Assembly: GCA_951406725.2 (NCBI GenBank)
Contig: OX597823.1
Span: forward strand, 95,356,001-95,420,000
Length of the DNA stretch: 64,000 nucleotides
Source: Octopus vulgaris
Lineage: Eukaryota
Reading direction: 5' to 3'
Translations under genes and position numbers: made by a program
The notes under the pieces: model-generated
What the model saw: the letters and a program-made list of their open reading frames with translations, nothing else
The model's database searches: none
Told to the model about the DNA's origin: nothing
Part shown: positions 17,017-31,169 of the stretch, in pieces
Position numbering within the stretch: position 1 is the stretch's first letter
Layout: each line of letters opens with the position of its first letter

Positions 17017-17458
17017 ATACCCAGACATCACGCTGGATAAGATGGTGTCTATACCCAGATATCATCGTGGATAAGATAGTGTCTATACCCAGATATCTCC
17101 CTGGATAAGATGGTGTCTATACCCAGGTATCTCCCTAGATAAGATGGTGTCTATACCCAGATATCATCGTGGATAAGATAGTGTCTATACCCAGATATCT
17201 CCCTGGATAAGATGGTGTCTATACCCAGATATCTCCCTGGATAAGATGGTGTCTATTCCCAGATATCTCGCTGGATAAGATGGTGTCTATACCCAGATAT
17301 CTCCCTGGATAAGATGGTGTCTATACCCAGATATCTCCCTGGATAAGATGGTGTCTGTACCCAGGTATCTCCCTGGATAAGATGGTGTCTATACCCAGAT
17401 ATCTCGCTGGATAAGATGGTGTCTATATCCAGATATCTCCCTGGATAAGATGGTATCT
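17017..17458. repeat. Minisatellite, 13 x 34 bp
   Basis: Unit ATACCCAGATATCTCCCTGGATAAGATGGTGTCT, contiguous, no spacers. Confidence 0.95.
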
Positions 17459-18460
17459 ATCTTTGTCCTCGACCTTGTCAACCTTGGGTCTTGTAGGAAT
17501 TATCCTAAACCCATTCTGCCAGTTGCCATGGTTTTCATCAACTCCTTTGGTATTAGGCATAACCCTGTAACCTTCCATTTCCACTTTGATGCCAATTGAT
17601 GACACCTTCAGGTCCCAACTGTCCCTTATTCTATGATTTCTCTTGTTCAGGGCTGAATTGTTGACCTTGGTAATTGATTGGATTTTGAAGGATGGCAGAG
17701 CTTTCAGAGCTGTGTCAAAGTGTTCTCCTGATTGTTAATTAGTAATAAAGGGATTGGTGGTTCCAGACAGTAAGAAATAGAATTTTTCAACCATCTTCCC
17801 TTTCTCTGGCATCATGGATCTTGATTTGGTGACTTGAAGGTCTTTCTTGGTAAGGTATGTCTTGCAATATTCACCAACTGTTTGGGACTAATGTCACCAA
17901 TATTAGCTATAAAGACACTCACTGGGGGGGGGGGGGGGGACTGTCCAACAACTGATTTATATGAGGATCTTCCTTATTTCACCTCAGTCTACTTGGTCAC
18001 CGTATTTACGGCAAGAGCCAACAGGAGAACAAACTGATGCTTGTCTGGTGGTTTTGACTCTGAAGTGACCAGACGTCTCAAATTCCTGAAGAAATCAAAG
18101 ATCAGGTGGACACATAGTGATGGTGCTGTGTACATTCGGTTTTGCTTATACACATGACTGCAGACACATGCGCACATATGAATAGGATCTTATGACTGAA
18201 TTGAAAATAGAATTTAGGTGCAATGTATATAACAAAGATCTTGGTAGAACATAACAACCTTAACCAATTTATGTACATTGATATCCAAGCCTAATTGTTT
18301 AAGCTCTCCTCATTGCATACTAAATATAAACACACAAATATTACGTTCGTAATGTCCAACATTTGTGTTTCTGCTTGTGCATGTGACCGTGACATTTATT
18401 GTACTGGTGTGTGCATCTGATACTGAGCTTCTCACGATGGTTGAACTAATTTAAATTTAG

Positions 18461-18849
18461 TTACATCTGTAGCTTTCAGCCTTGTGGGCTTTACCATGCA
18501 TGTGTAAATATTTCGTTAGACAGAAGTATTCTTATCTCGGTGCAGAGGTCCAGTGTACTGTCTCTCACTTAAGGTGAGTGAATTATACTAAAACACTGGC
18601 TGTTTCAGAGTCTGCCATATCACTGAATTCTGCATTGTCAACACACATCATCTCAAAGGGAGAAACGTTTATTCAGGCAAAATCCAAGAACGCGAAACAT
18701 TATTTACTTTTCAGGTTTGCTGGAATACACGCATCAGTGATCTGATTCTCACTGCTTTCCATGCTCTGGTTAATTTAATATATAATATGCACACACACAC
18801 ACACACATATATGAATGTATACATGGTGTTTTCCACTAATCTCACTCTT

Positions 18850-18920
<71 letters not shown>

Positions 18921-19021
18921 CTAACCTGGCTCCATCAAACTCAAACTCACAGATGGGACTATCAACAATACACAAGACCACCACAGCAAATAGACCCAAG
19001 GTGGACACCACTGGCAACAAC
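18461..19021 (+). repeat. Local duplicate of 21051-21601
   Basis: Near-identical direct copy, flanked by aactaatttaaa at 18444-18455 and 19019-19030. Confidence 0.9.
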
Positions 19022-19069
19022 TAATTTAAAGCTGTGGCTGTGAAAACTTTTTATGACATAGTTGTGAGT

Positions 19070-19240
19070 GTAGGCGTGACTGTTTGGTAAACCGTTTGCT
19101 TCTCAACCACATGTTTCTGGGTTCAGTCCCATTGCATGGCACCTTGGGTAAGTGCCTTCTATAGCTTCATGTCGATAAAAGACTTGTGAGTGGATTTGGT
19201 TGACGGAAACTGAAAGACGCCTGTTATGTGTGTGTATACA

Positions 19241-19285
<45 letters not shown>

Positions 19286-19550
19286 GTGTGTGTTTGTGTG
19301 TGTATGTTTGTGAGTGTGTGTGTGTAAGTGTGTGTTTGTGTTTGTTCGCTACCATTGCTTGAAACCGATGTTGGTGTGTTTACGGACCCGTAACTTAACA
19401 GTTCAGCAAAACGGACCAATAGAATAAGTTCCAGGCTTAATAAAAATACAATAACTACTGAGGTTGATTCGTTCAAGCAGAATTCTTCAAGCAATGCCCC
19501 AGCATGGCCACAGTCTAATGACTGAAAGTAGCAAATGATAAAAGATAAAA
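19070..19550 (+). mobile_element. Abundant tRNA-derived SINE with internal microsatellite (representative copy)
   Basis: Head ggcgtg.ctgt.tggtaa..ggttcagtccc..ggcaccttggg; tail ccagcatggcc.cagtc.aatgactgaaa; other copies near 4417, 8310, 9150(-), 15257, 29135(-), 50535(-), 55880, 62150. Confidence 0.75.
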
Positions 19551-20367
19551 GATATTTATGGTCATGAGGGAAATGTTTATTTATGATGGTTACAATGTCA
19601 GAAGTAAAATTATATTGAACATGAGCGAAAAGAAGTTGGTCCAACGTTAAATGCTACAGCGCCCCCTTTCTATAAAATGTAGACGCCATGAAATTGTATG
19701 TATTCACACAGTAACAAATTCTGAATTCTTCTTTTATATATCTTTAACATTTCAATGTTTGTATTATTAAAGCTGTTAATCACCATGTCCTTTGTGGCAA
19801 CCAAGGCGAAAATAATTTTTGGATTATTGAGAAATATTCAATATTCAAGATTTGAAGAGGTAAATTATACGCCTTTCTATAGACAACATGCACACACATA
19901 TATGTATGCATGCACACACATATGTATACATACACACACATATTCGTACATACTTCCATATATACACTCATATATTTTAGTAAGTTAACATGGTAATAAA
20001 ATTTTGTGGGATTGGCAGAGAGAAAGATGAGAAGAAATAAAATAAAATAAAGCAGGATAGGATACAATATAGAGGGAAAGTGAAATAAAAGAAAATAAAT
20101 TGAAATATAATAAAAGGGAGTAGAGTCGAAAGAGTTTTAATTTTCTGTAATTGGTTGAGGGGATATAAAGGATCACAGATATAAAGGGTCACAGATTAAA
20201 GGATCACGGATATAAAGGCTTTAATGGTTCCTGGATATAAAAGTTTTAAAAGTTTAAAAGGCTTGTGGACATAGAAGCAGATTTAAAAGTAGATAGGAGA
20301 TAGGTAGGGAGATGGATAGACAGGTAGATATCTGAGTTGTTAGATAGATAGACAGACAGATAGAACA

Positions 20368-20473
<106 letters not shown>

Positions 20474-20669
20474 TTCTCTCTCTCTTTGTCTCTCTCTCTC
20501 GCCCTCTCTCTCCCGCTCTCTCTCTCTCTATCTATCTATATATATGTATATATGTATCTATGTACCAGAGTAAGAACATAAATGTGAAACAAAGTAGAGA
20601 AAATAGTACTCGAATAGTGGAGGTAGAGTAATATGCTTTATTGATAAAGCTTCAAAAACATAACAAAAG

Positions 20670-20707
20670 CTGTTACTCAGAGTTTCACATTCCCGTTCGT
20701 CGGAAAG
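20670..20707 (-). ncRNA. Hammerhead-like motif, variant core CCGACGA
   Basis: CTTT-CCGACGA-ACGGGAATGT-GAAAC-TCTGA-GTA-ACAG; a partial copy of the same family lies at 32079-32098. Confidence 0.55.
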
Positions 20708-20798
20708 TTTTAGATAAATAGATAGATAGCTTGGTAGTTAGATAGAAGGATAGACATTTTAGCTTAGATGTGCGAAGTGACCTACAAAATAACCTTAC

Positions 20799-21021
20799 CT
20801 GAGTGGTGATTGAGGTGTGTGTGTTGGTTTTATCATACACCCAAGAACCGCACTTCTTTGTAGTCCGATTTCCATTTTCTGTGGTATTGGAATATATCAA
20901 ACATTTTTCATAAACCACCTCCCCTTCATCCTCACTCTTTGGAATATATTCGTTGATCAGTTCTTCATGGCTTTCACTTTGGATTTTATACGTGTCGTTG
21001 TCGTAACCAGGAATAGCACAC
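20799..21021 (-). CDS. SLC22-like copy A exon 2 (large extracellular loop)
   Basis: ttttcctag|G acceptor; (R)CAIPGYDNDT...EKCLIY...KKCGSWVYDKT...SITTQ with conserved Cys and NxT sites; donor CAG|GTAAGG; 223 nt. Confidence 0.9.
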
Positions 21022-21499
21022 CTAGGAAAATAATATACAAAATAGGTTTCTTACATCTGTAACTTTCAGCCTTGTGAGCTTTACCATGCATGTGTAAATA
21101 TTTCGTTAGACAGAAAGAAGTATTCTTATCTCGGTGCAGAGGTCCAGTGTACTGTCTCTCACTTAAGGGTGAGTGAATTATACTGAAACACTGGCTGTTT
21201 CAGAGTCTGCCATGTCACTGAATTCTGCATTGTCAACACACATCGTCTCAAAGGGAGAAACGTTTATTCAGGCAAAATCCAAGAACGCGAAACATTATTT
21301 ACTTTTCAGGTCTGCTGGAATACACGCATCAGTGATCTGATTCTCACTGCTTTCCATGCTCTGGTTAATTTAATATATAATATGCACACACACACACACA
21401 CACACACACTAACACACACACACATATATGAATGTATACATGGTGTTTTCCACTAATCTCTCTCTCTCTCTCTCTCTCCCTATATATATATATACACAC

Positions 21500-24400
21500 A
21501 GTTAACCTGGCTCCATCAAACTCAAACTCACAGATGGGACTATCAACAATACACAAGACCACCACAGCAAATAGACCCAAGGTGGACACCACTGGCAACA
21601 ACACACACATCACCTCGATGCTCCTACTGAACATCAGAGGACTGTTAACACTCAGTAACAGGACAAAAATCCCTTTCTTGAGAGACCTTGTTGCATGCAA
21701 TCAAGCCTTATGCATACCACTTACGGAAACACACCTGAAACCGGATATAGCAGATGCGGAAATACACATATCACAGTATGTTGTATTACGGACTGACAGA
21801 AAAGAAAGGTCTTTGGTGGAGTTGCTATGTATATCCGCGAGGACCTCACACCCCCAGGACCTTTTGTCATACTCAAATTCGGTGTGTGACACACTAATTG
21901 TACATATAAGGCAACTCGGTGTAGTTATATGTGCTACATATCGCCCTCCAGATTCTCCAAGTCATATAGGCAAGTTTGAAGACTGCCTTACAAAAATAGA
22001 AGTTCTAGTCACATTAGAATAACACATAAGTGTACTTCTTATGGGAGACTTCAATCTGCCCAATGTCAGATGGCCGGAGAGCTTTTCTCTCCCAGGAATG
22101 ACACGATGCGAACGAGGACAGGTGAGGTCCCTCCTGAATCTCATCAACACTGTGTACATGGAGCAAATAATACTCCAACCAACCAGGGCAGGTAACATAC
22201 TGGATCTCTGCTTCACAAATAATATGGATCTCATCCATAATGTGAAAGTGACACCGACACTACTCTCGGATCACAACATGATAGAGTTGCCCATGTACGG
22301 GCCAAAGGAAAGCATGGACATGCAGCCTACAAGAAACTCTCAGAATCTTTCCAGTTTGAACTTCCATAAGGCAAACTGGAAACAAAATTGAGAAAGAGAT
22401 CCTCAAATAAAACTGGCCTGAATGTCTCTCCTCGCCAGGCATCGACATGAAACTTCAACAATTCATGTCTGTAATGCAAGTCATATGCTACAAATGTATC
22501 CCAGAGAGAAAGGGCACTGTACACAACAATAAAATCCCCAGAGAGAGGAAAATTCTTATGAGACGGCGTACAAAAGTTTCAAATCGCCTAAACAAACAAA
22601 TTGAAAGCAGTGAAAAGTCCCGCCTGAAAATATAACTGTTGGAAATTAAAAAATGTCTGCAACTCTCACATGAAACCGAAAGGGTAGACAAAGAAGCCTG
22701 GGCTATAGACAACATAAAATCTAACCCCAGAGCTTTCTACAAGCTTGCCAAAGAAACAGCTACGGTGCCCTGTAGGATAGGGCCACTCCTTGAAAAAGAT
22801 GGTACACTCACAGGAAATCCAATAAGGATAAGTGAAATACTAAATGAGCAATTCAAAAATATTTTCACTCCACCCCTAGGGCATTTTCAAGTCAGCAATC
22901 CAACGGAATTCTTTACCACTGCAGATATAAAATCAGAGGCAACGATGATTGATTACATCAATATAATGGAAGACAATGTAATAAGGGCTATAGATGAAAT
23001 GAACCCAAACTCAGCTACTGGTCCCGGTGGATTCCCAGCAATCCTTCTAAAAGTATGTAAGAGAGTCCTAGCAAGACCACTGCAGTTTCTCTTTCAGAGC
23101 TTCCTTGCAACTGGTAAACTTCCGAAAAAACTGAAGGAGGGTAAAATATGCCCTATTCATAAAAGAGGTAGAACAGCGGAGGCCAAGAACCTATCTCTCT
23201 GACCTCACACACCAGCAAGGTCGTGGAACGAATAGTCAGAAGGAAACTACTCGCCTTCCTTGAAGAAAATAACTTACTACCTGACACCCAATATGGTTTC
23301 CGACCAGGAAGAAGCTGCCTAACTCACCTCTTACAATACTATGACTGAGTGCTGAAACAACTGCTCAACTACTCAAATGTGGAAGTGATATATCTCGACT
23401 TTGCAAAGGCCTTTGATAAAGTCGATCATAGAATGATATGTCACAAACTGCGTGATCTTGGCACAGTTGGAAAATTGGGAGAATTGCTTCATGACTTTCT
23501 GAAGGATAGAAGTCAGGTGGTAGTAGCCAATAGGACCACCTCCAATAACACGCAAATAGTGAGCGGTGTTCCGCAAGGCACTGTTTCGGGACAACTGCTG
23601 TTCATAATGACCCTCTCAGACATGCCCTCAGCCACGCAGAGAGCCACGATCACAAGTTATGCAGATGATACAAAAGTTTCACAGGTAATACAGAACTCTG
23701 AAGATACTATGCACCTGCAATGTGAGATGGACAAAATATACAAGTGGGCTGAAAAGAATAGCATGCAGTTGAATGCTGAAAAGTTTCAAGCTTTATTCTA
23801 TCAGCATGCAAGACTGAATGCAATACCCAATAAATACACTGGACCTGGAGGGATTGCAATCCCAGAGGCACAATCAGTGCGAGACCTGGGTATTTACATG
23901 AGTAATGATGCAACATTTCATGTGCATGTTGCTAAATTGACAATGAAATGTAGGCGGCTGACCGGATGGATTCTTAGAGCTTTTAGAACAAGAGACCAGG
24001 AAACCATGATGGTCCTCTGGAGGACACTTGTCCTAAGCCACTTTGACTATTGCTCTCAGCTATGGTCACCAACAAGTGTCAAATTAATCATAGAACTTGA
24101 GGCGATCCAACGAAGCTACACGAAGAAGATAGCCTCTGTGCAGCATATAAGCTATTGGGAAAGACTCAAGAGATTAATACTCTATTCCTTAGAGCGTAGG
24201 CGAGAATGATATGCCATAATATACATCTGGAAGATCCTGGAAGGACTTGTCCCAAGCTTTGGCATCGAGAGTTACACAAATACTAGAACTGGGCGCCACT
24301 GCATAGTGCCAAGGACTCCAAATATGCCATCAAGATGTAGGACAAGATACTGTGATAGCCTGGGCTTCAGAGGTCCACAGCTCTTCAATATCCTCTCGAA

Positions 24401-24585
24401 GGACCTGAGAGACCTGCATGGGGTGGATGCAGATGTCTTTAAAATAAAGCTGGACCTCTTCCTGTCAGGTGTCCCATATGAACCAACTTAACGGCAGGAG
24501 GTGCAGATGAGGGCAGCTGCATCAAACTCTCTCATGCACCAAATGTCAATTGCTAAAAAGCATTCGTGAAGTAAAATCCTGTAGC
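21500..24585 (+). mobile_element. CR1/L2-group LINE ORF2 (APE + RT), disrupted
   Basis: APE: LLNIRGL, LTETHL, YRPP, GDFNLP, ILDLCFTN, SDHNMI; RT: YLDFAKAFDKVDH, SGVPQG, YADD, VRDLG, LERRR; several stops and frameshifts. Confidence 0.88.
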
Positions 24586-24588
24586 AAA

Positions 24589-25266
24589 GAATGGAGTCGA
24601 ACGAAGATTTTAACAAAATTCCTTTACTTTCGACACATGTTTCGAAGACTGCATATTCTTAATTCCGAAGGAATAAAGTGTGCATTATGCCGTCTTCTCT
24701 TCAGGAAAGACAAGGAGCCTCTATCAGTCTCACGACGAACAAAAACTTTTTGATGACTGCCTACATTGTGTCCACAGTGATAATGAGTGTTTTTAAAAAA
24801 TTATCCGTTATTAGCAATGACCTTAAAATTGGTTGGAAGGAGAAAGTATTAAAAATAGGAAGGGAACAAAAAGTTTGTTGTATGAATGGGGATGCGCGGG
24901 TGCTTGCTTATGTTAATAAGTGTGAGTGTTTATGTGTGTTTATTAGTGTGTGTATATAACTGCTTTTGTGTCTATGTATGCAGTCTTCGAAACATGTGTC
25001 GAAAGTAAAGGAATTTTGTTAAAATCTTCGTTCGACTCCATTCTTTTCATTTATTCATATAAGAACAACACACAAATTTCCACACAGAAACACGGGGTTT
25101 TGCCCTTGGCATGTAGCTTCAACCGTATTTTCTGACGTGAATTTGCTACCCAGGTATCGATTAACCGAATTATCCATACTAGCTTTTTAGCGCGTAGTTA
25201 AGGAGTGTATTTTCCGCTTGACTGAATTTGAGCTAGAAAAGTAAGTTCGTCTAGGACAGGAAGAGC

Positions 25267-25298
<32 letters not shown>

Positions 25299-28290
25299 TG
25301 TGCGCGCGCGCGCGCGTGTGTGTTTATATGTATGTTGGGGCGCGTGCGTGTGTATATATGTGTGCGTGTGTGGGTACAATTTTCAGTATTTATAGTTCTG
25401 CTGGCCTTGAGCCTGTATCGGGAAGCAATGTGTTTGTGTGAAGTCAATATTTACAGTCATTTCCAAAAAATAGTGTTGGATGTTTTGCACCCGTATCAAA
25501 TTATGTGTATGTGTGGAACCATATGTTTGCGTGTGTCATGGTGCTAATATCTGGGTAAAAGTGTGTGTAGGGTGTGTGCAGGTGTAAGTGTGTTTGTTGT
25601 GGGTTCGTGTTAGGGGGATGTGTTTAGAAGTGGTCTGTATTTATTAATAAGGTGGGATTCCATGGTTATTCGCTGGGTATGAGTGGCATTGTCTTTAAAT
25701 TTGTGGAGGGGAAAGATTCTAAAATTGGGATGAAGTTGTGCGGCACAGGTATCAATATGTGCACTAAGTGCTATTTTTCTGTATTCCTGTATCTTTATTT
25801 GGGATCTATGGACAGTCATGCGTTGGCGGAGGCTATTTTTAGTTTGGCCTATGTAGTGTTCATTACAGCCCGAGCAAGTTAAGACACATACTAGGTTTTC
25901 TGATGCGCATGTGAAGTTGTGTTTTACTGTGAAACGTTGTCCTTGTTTAAAAAGGAATTCCGGACCTTCTATTAGGTTGATGCATATACCACAGCTGGGT
26001 CTATTGCATTTGTTTACTGTGGGTTTAGTTGTTGTGGTTGGCAGTACTTTGGTATTTGTTAGGATGGTTTTCAATGATTTGGGTTGCTTTTTGCTCTTTA
26101 TGATTTCGTGTGTTAGGAGGATTTGGTTCATTCTATGGTCCTTTTTTAATACAGGAATGTTCTGGAGGATGGTGTCAAAAGCTTCATTGTTGAGGGGGTT
26201 GTGTGTAGAGATGTATGGTAGAGTATGGGGTTTCGATGTAACAGGTTTAGGGCGTCTAAGTTCCTGTGTGCTGAGTTTTAGGGCGCGTTGGATCCCATTG
26301 TCAATTAGTGATGTGGGGTAGTCCCTGCTTGTTAATGTGTCCTTAAGTTCTTGTAGACGTAAGAGACGGGTGTTTTTATTGGAGACTATAGTGCAAATTC
26401 TCTTGGCTAAGTTGTAGGGAATGTTAATTTTAACGTGTCTAGGGTGGCATGAATTGAAAGGGAGGTATTGCTTGGAGTCTGTGGGCTTGTAGTATATGTC
26501 TGTGTCTATTTTTTTGTTGTGAATTTTAATGAGGATGTCGAGGAAGGGAATTTGTTGAGGGCTGTATTCCATTGTGAAAATAATGTTTGTGTTGAGCCCA
26601 TTTATAAGGGTGTGAAATTCTTTAAGCTTCTCGATGGTTTCGGGCCAAAGGATGAAGCAGCCATCAATATATATCTTCCAGTTCTTCTCTATGTATGTGT
26701 GGAGAGTGGTGCCAAATTGGTTAAGAACGTTATTATAGAGGGTGATTTCCAGGTATCCCATGACTAGGTTGGCGTAAGTGGGAGCTGTTTTCGTTCCCAT
26801 TGCCGTCCCTGATTTCTGTCTGTAGAATTTGTTGTTGAAGGTGAAGAAATTATTCTCTAAGATGAATTTGAGTCCTTCTAAAATATATTCCTTTTTGATG
26901 CGGTGTGGGAGTTCGTTGGAGTAATTATCCAGCCAGAATTGGATAGCTTCTATTCCTAGGTTGTGGGGGATGTTGGAGTAAAGATTAACTACATCGAATG
27001 TTACTAGCAGGGTTTGTTCAGTAAGAAGTGTATTGGGGAGGTGGTTGAGCATATCTAGATCGTCCCTTATGTAGCTTTTAATGTGTTTGAGAAAGGGCTT
27101 AAGAAGGGTATCAATGAAGTTGCTAAGGCGGTGGGTTTCGCAAGCGGGACCTGCTATTATAGGTCTCAATTTGAGGTCATTTGGTGAGGGGACATTGATT
27201 ACAGAGTTTGTGGCTTCCTTGCATGCCTTACTTATTAATTCGCTTTTATGAATTTTGGGAATACCGTAGAAGAGGCTGGTTTTACTAGTGAAATTTGTGA
27301 TGAAGTTGAATTCTTTGTTAGTGAGTTCTTCTTTGTGGGGGTTGATCAGGGTTTTTAAGTTTCTCATAATTTTCTGTTGATTGTAGTGTTCAGCCTTTTC
27401 GTAATATGTTCCATTTTCCAAGGTGGAGAGTGCTAAGTTGATATAGTATTCTGTCTCCATTAAGACTACTGCACTTCCTTTGTCGGCCTCTTTAACGGTG
27501 ATAGATCTTTCATTTTTTTAATTTGTTTAATTCTTCCCACTCTTTCTTGTTGAGGTTTGGTTTGGGTTTTGGTTTGTGTAAGTGTTGGTAGGGGAAGTTT
27601 GTAATGTGCTCGCAGAATTCGTCTAGGATTTTATTTCTACCTTTTGGTGGGGTGTAGTTGCTTTTATTTCTAGCTAGTGACTCATCCTCATTGTGCTGGT
27701 CGAATAGTTCCTCACTAAGTCGTAATTTTCTACAAAATTCTGTAATGTCTTCCTTCATTTCGTAGTAGTTTGGACGTGGGGGGGATTTAAGACCTTTGGA
27801 GAGTAAGTTGAGAAGGTTGGGGTTGGGTTCTGTATTGGTTAAATTGATGACTTTAATTAGTTTCTGTTTCTCTTCCCTGTCCTGTGTTATTTTGTTTGCC
27901 TGTATCTAGGTGCTGTGTCTAAAAAATGGTTGGGGTGGAGGGGTTGTCTGTTGGTGTTAAGAGGTCCTGTGTGTTTGTTATATTCCTTGTTGTGAAATAT
28001 GCAACACTATTTTTTGGAAATGACTGTAAATATTGACTTCACACAAACACGTTGCTTCCCGATACAGGCACAAGGCCAGCAGAACTATAAATATTGAAAA
28101 TTGTACCCACACACGCACACATATATACACGCGCGCGCGCACCAACATACATATAAACACACACACACACACACGCGCGCGCGCACACATACATACATAT
28201 AGCCCTTCCTGTCCTAAACAAACTTACTTTTCTAGCTCAAATTCAGTCAAGCGGAAAATACACTCCTTAACTACGCGCTAAAAAGCTATT
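24589..28290 (-). mobile_element. Penelope-like element (RT + GIY-YIG) with inverted pLTR segments
   Basis: ORF 25610-27460: FYGIPKIHK, LRPII, FDVVNLYSNIP, GTAMG, FLDI, YYKPT, C..C..YIGQT; upstream frame 27510-27758; inverted repeats 25181-25486/28004-28288 and 24589-24655/24978-25043. Confidence 0.9.
24627..24709 (-). ncRNA. Type I hammerhead ribozyme motif in the Penelope pLTR
   Basis: CTTTC-CTGAAGA-GAAGAC..GTCTTC-GAAAC-ATGT-GTC-GAAAG: intact core, stems I and II pair, palindromic stem III. Confidence 0.85.
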
Positions 28291-29036
28291 CAAAATATAA
28301 ACATGACGTCTACTGACCAGCCTGAACAATAAGAATTTTCAACAACGCTATTTTCGAAAACTCCATACACCACCTACATCAACATTCATTCTAAACATTC
28401 ACGTGACCTCTCTATTATGACTACATTCACGTGACCTCTTTATTATGACCAATAAGAAATTTTAGGCTCGATACCAGCCAAATTTTAACATCTCTGGAGC
28501 CTATTTTCTTACCCCAACACCAACTTCCATTCAAACATTCACGTGACCTCTTTATAATGACCAATCAAAATTGCATTGACCATTGTCCACAAGAAATTTT
28601 AGGCGCGAAACCAAGCAAATCTTAAACAACTCTGGAGCCTTTTTTTTTCACATATAAGAGACAGCAAACCCAACATAAAGTCAGATAAGAGAAAAAGATC
28701 AATCAGAAAGGAACTCTATCTCACTCAAAATATCTTTTGATAAGCATAACAAATGCGCAACCGGTAAACTCTTACTTTTTTTATTCTACACTGAAATCTG
28801 ACATTGAACTTTTCCACAAAAAACTGTATATTACACGCTTTTATTAAATATCTTATTCTGAAACAGAACACTGTAAAAGACTCTTACTTTTTTTCTTATA
28901 CACTGAAATCATTCACAAAAAATGAACATTGTATTCTAACCCAATTTTTCTCTTTTTTTGTTTAAAAAGAGAACTTTCACCTAATTAAATACACTCTCCC
29001 TTACTTAAATTATTTTGTCAGCATTTTCTTCATTTC

Positions 29037-29086
<50 letters not shown>

Positions 29087-29363
29087 TACTTCTAAGCCTC
29101 ATATATATATTTCTTTTAACCTTTTATTATTTTATTTGTTTCAGTCATTTAACTGCGGCCATGCTGGAGCACCGCCTTTAGTTGAACAATTCGACACTAG
29201 GACTTATTCTTTGTACGCCTAGTACTTACTCTATCGGTCTCTTTTGCAGAACCCCTAAGTTACGGGGACGTAAACGCACCAAAAGGAGTTGTCAAGTGAT
29301 GGCGGGGGACAAACACATACACAGAAACATATATATACTTGTGCGTGCACACACACGCACATG

Positions 29364-29440
<77 letters not shown>

Positions 29441-29699
29441 AAGACGGGCTTCTTTCAGTTTCCGTTTACCAAGTCCAATCACATGGCTTTGGTCGGTTCG
29501 AGGCTATAGTAGAAGACACTTGCCCAAGGGGCCACACGGTGGCACTGAACACGGAACCATGTGGTTGGTAAGCAAGCTACTTTATTTCAAAAATTTTGCC
29601 ATAAAGGCATGATGCAGAGTAGCTTGCGGGCTGGACAAAGACATTGATGAGGTGAATGATGAAAAGGATATTAATGGGAGAAGATAAAAAAACTCCCAA

Positions 29700-31160
29700 C
29701 GATTTTTTGCTTCTCTAAAACATTATTCTCTTCTTTTTTCACAGAAAAAGCAAAACGAGGTAATGAACCTCTTACTTCCGTTTTACAATTATTAGACTGA
29801 TAGTCCATTCAAGACTATTGGGGCGTTAAGCCTCTTCAACACAATAACATGCAATAAACATAACAAACATTATAACACTGCGCCTTTTCAACCTCTTGTC
29901 ACTATTCCTCCCCAACATCGTTTGTGCCCATATACTCCGCCATCACCATCGCCTCATTCAAGACCAAGCCAGGATCCGAACCGGCGTCGCCCGGCCACAA
30001 GCTATATTCCTCATTGAGTCCCTGCAGCCTATACCTCACAGACAACGTTATGACCTCCACAGCTATCTGCGGAGGCCATCGGGATCCTGTATGAAGGTTA
30101 AAGGTATTCCCTTATGGTGCTTTTCCACCACCTCTCCTACCTCCCCGCCTCTGTTGAAGAAGACCAATAGTTACTCTTCCTCCGGGTTCGAGGCAGTCAA
30201 TTCTATCGATGATGGCACAATTCCCCCCAACGGTGTCTCTTCCCCTGCCACTGGCACAAACCCTAACGGGAAGGTTCCGTGACATTCCGGTGCTGTGTCA
30301 CCGACTGCCGGCAATGTCCTATTTCTCTTCTTCTTCCTCTTTTTTCTATCAACTGAGTGAGGCTGCGTCTCCTCTGTGACAAGGAGATTCGCCTCCCCTC
30401 TCTTATTCCTCGTTGCTCACCTTCTTCTTGCGGCCCTTCTTTGAGGAGTCCTCCGTCTCCTCGGCCGCCTTCGTTCCTTCTTCTACAGAGGCCTCAATCG
30501 ACTGCTCCAGGACTTTGCTTTGTTCCTGAGGACAGTTTTTCTTTATATGTCCAGGCTCCAGGCACCGATGACACCTGAGCGGGGTGACTCTCAAGAATCA
30601 CTGGGTACCTGTAATTTTCAAAAGATCTGGCATAACCACATTCATGGCTGATTGGGTCCACAGCTTTTGACCCAACCAAATCAGCCGCAGGATGAATTTT
30701 CACATTGAGGATCCTGGCTCCACTGCCACCCAGACTCCAACAGATAGTATCTTCTATCTACTGGCGTTCAATTCCGAGTGAAAAACCACAGACCCAAGCC
30801 CTCGTCAATTTTTACCCCTTATTAAGTGGGAAGAAACAAAATTTCTTTACCCTCAAAGGGCTGGCTCGCAAAACTGCGAGCCTCCTTTGGGGTGTCAAAC
30901 AGCAACCACTCCGTTACATATTTGATACCCCTAGAGATATACTTAATGGTTGGCAGATGTTCCGCTCAATCATCTGCTTGGAGAAGACGGCAATGGTGTC
31001 GAGAAACTTCGAATACGTTCTGAACACACCGTCCTCTCCCCTTGCTGTCTGAGCCACTCCTTAGGTCGGACAATCTCCCACTCTACAATCTTATCCGTAT
31101 TTTTTGCCATGTTTTAAATAAAAAAGTAAAAAAGTCCAAAACAATAGACCACCTATCATC
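29700..31160 (-). mobile_element. Gag-like ORF1 relic of a Tx1/L1-type non-LTR element
   Basis: Zinc knuckle CHRCLEPGHIKKNC (CX2CX4HX4C) followed by Lys/Glu-rich low-complexity sequence; broken frames; boundaries approximate. Confidence 0.55.
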
Positions 31161-31169
31161 AGCATGCAA

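Noticed and set aside
17017-17458. CRISPR array
   Set aside because: Units are contiguous with no unique spacers, there are no cas genes, and the context is eukaryotic; it is a minisatellite
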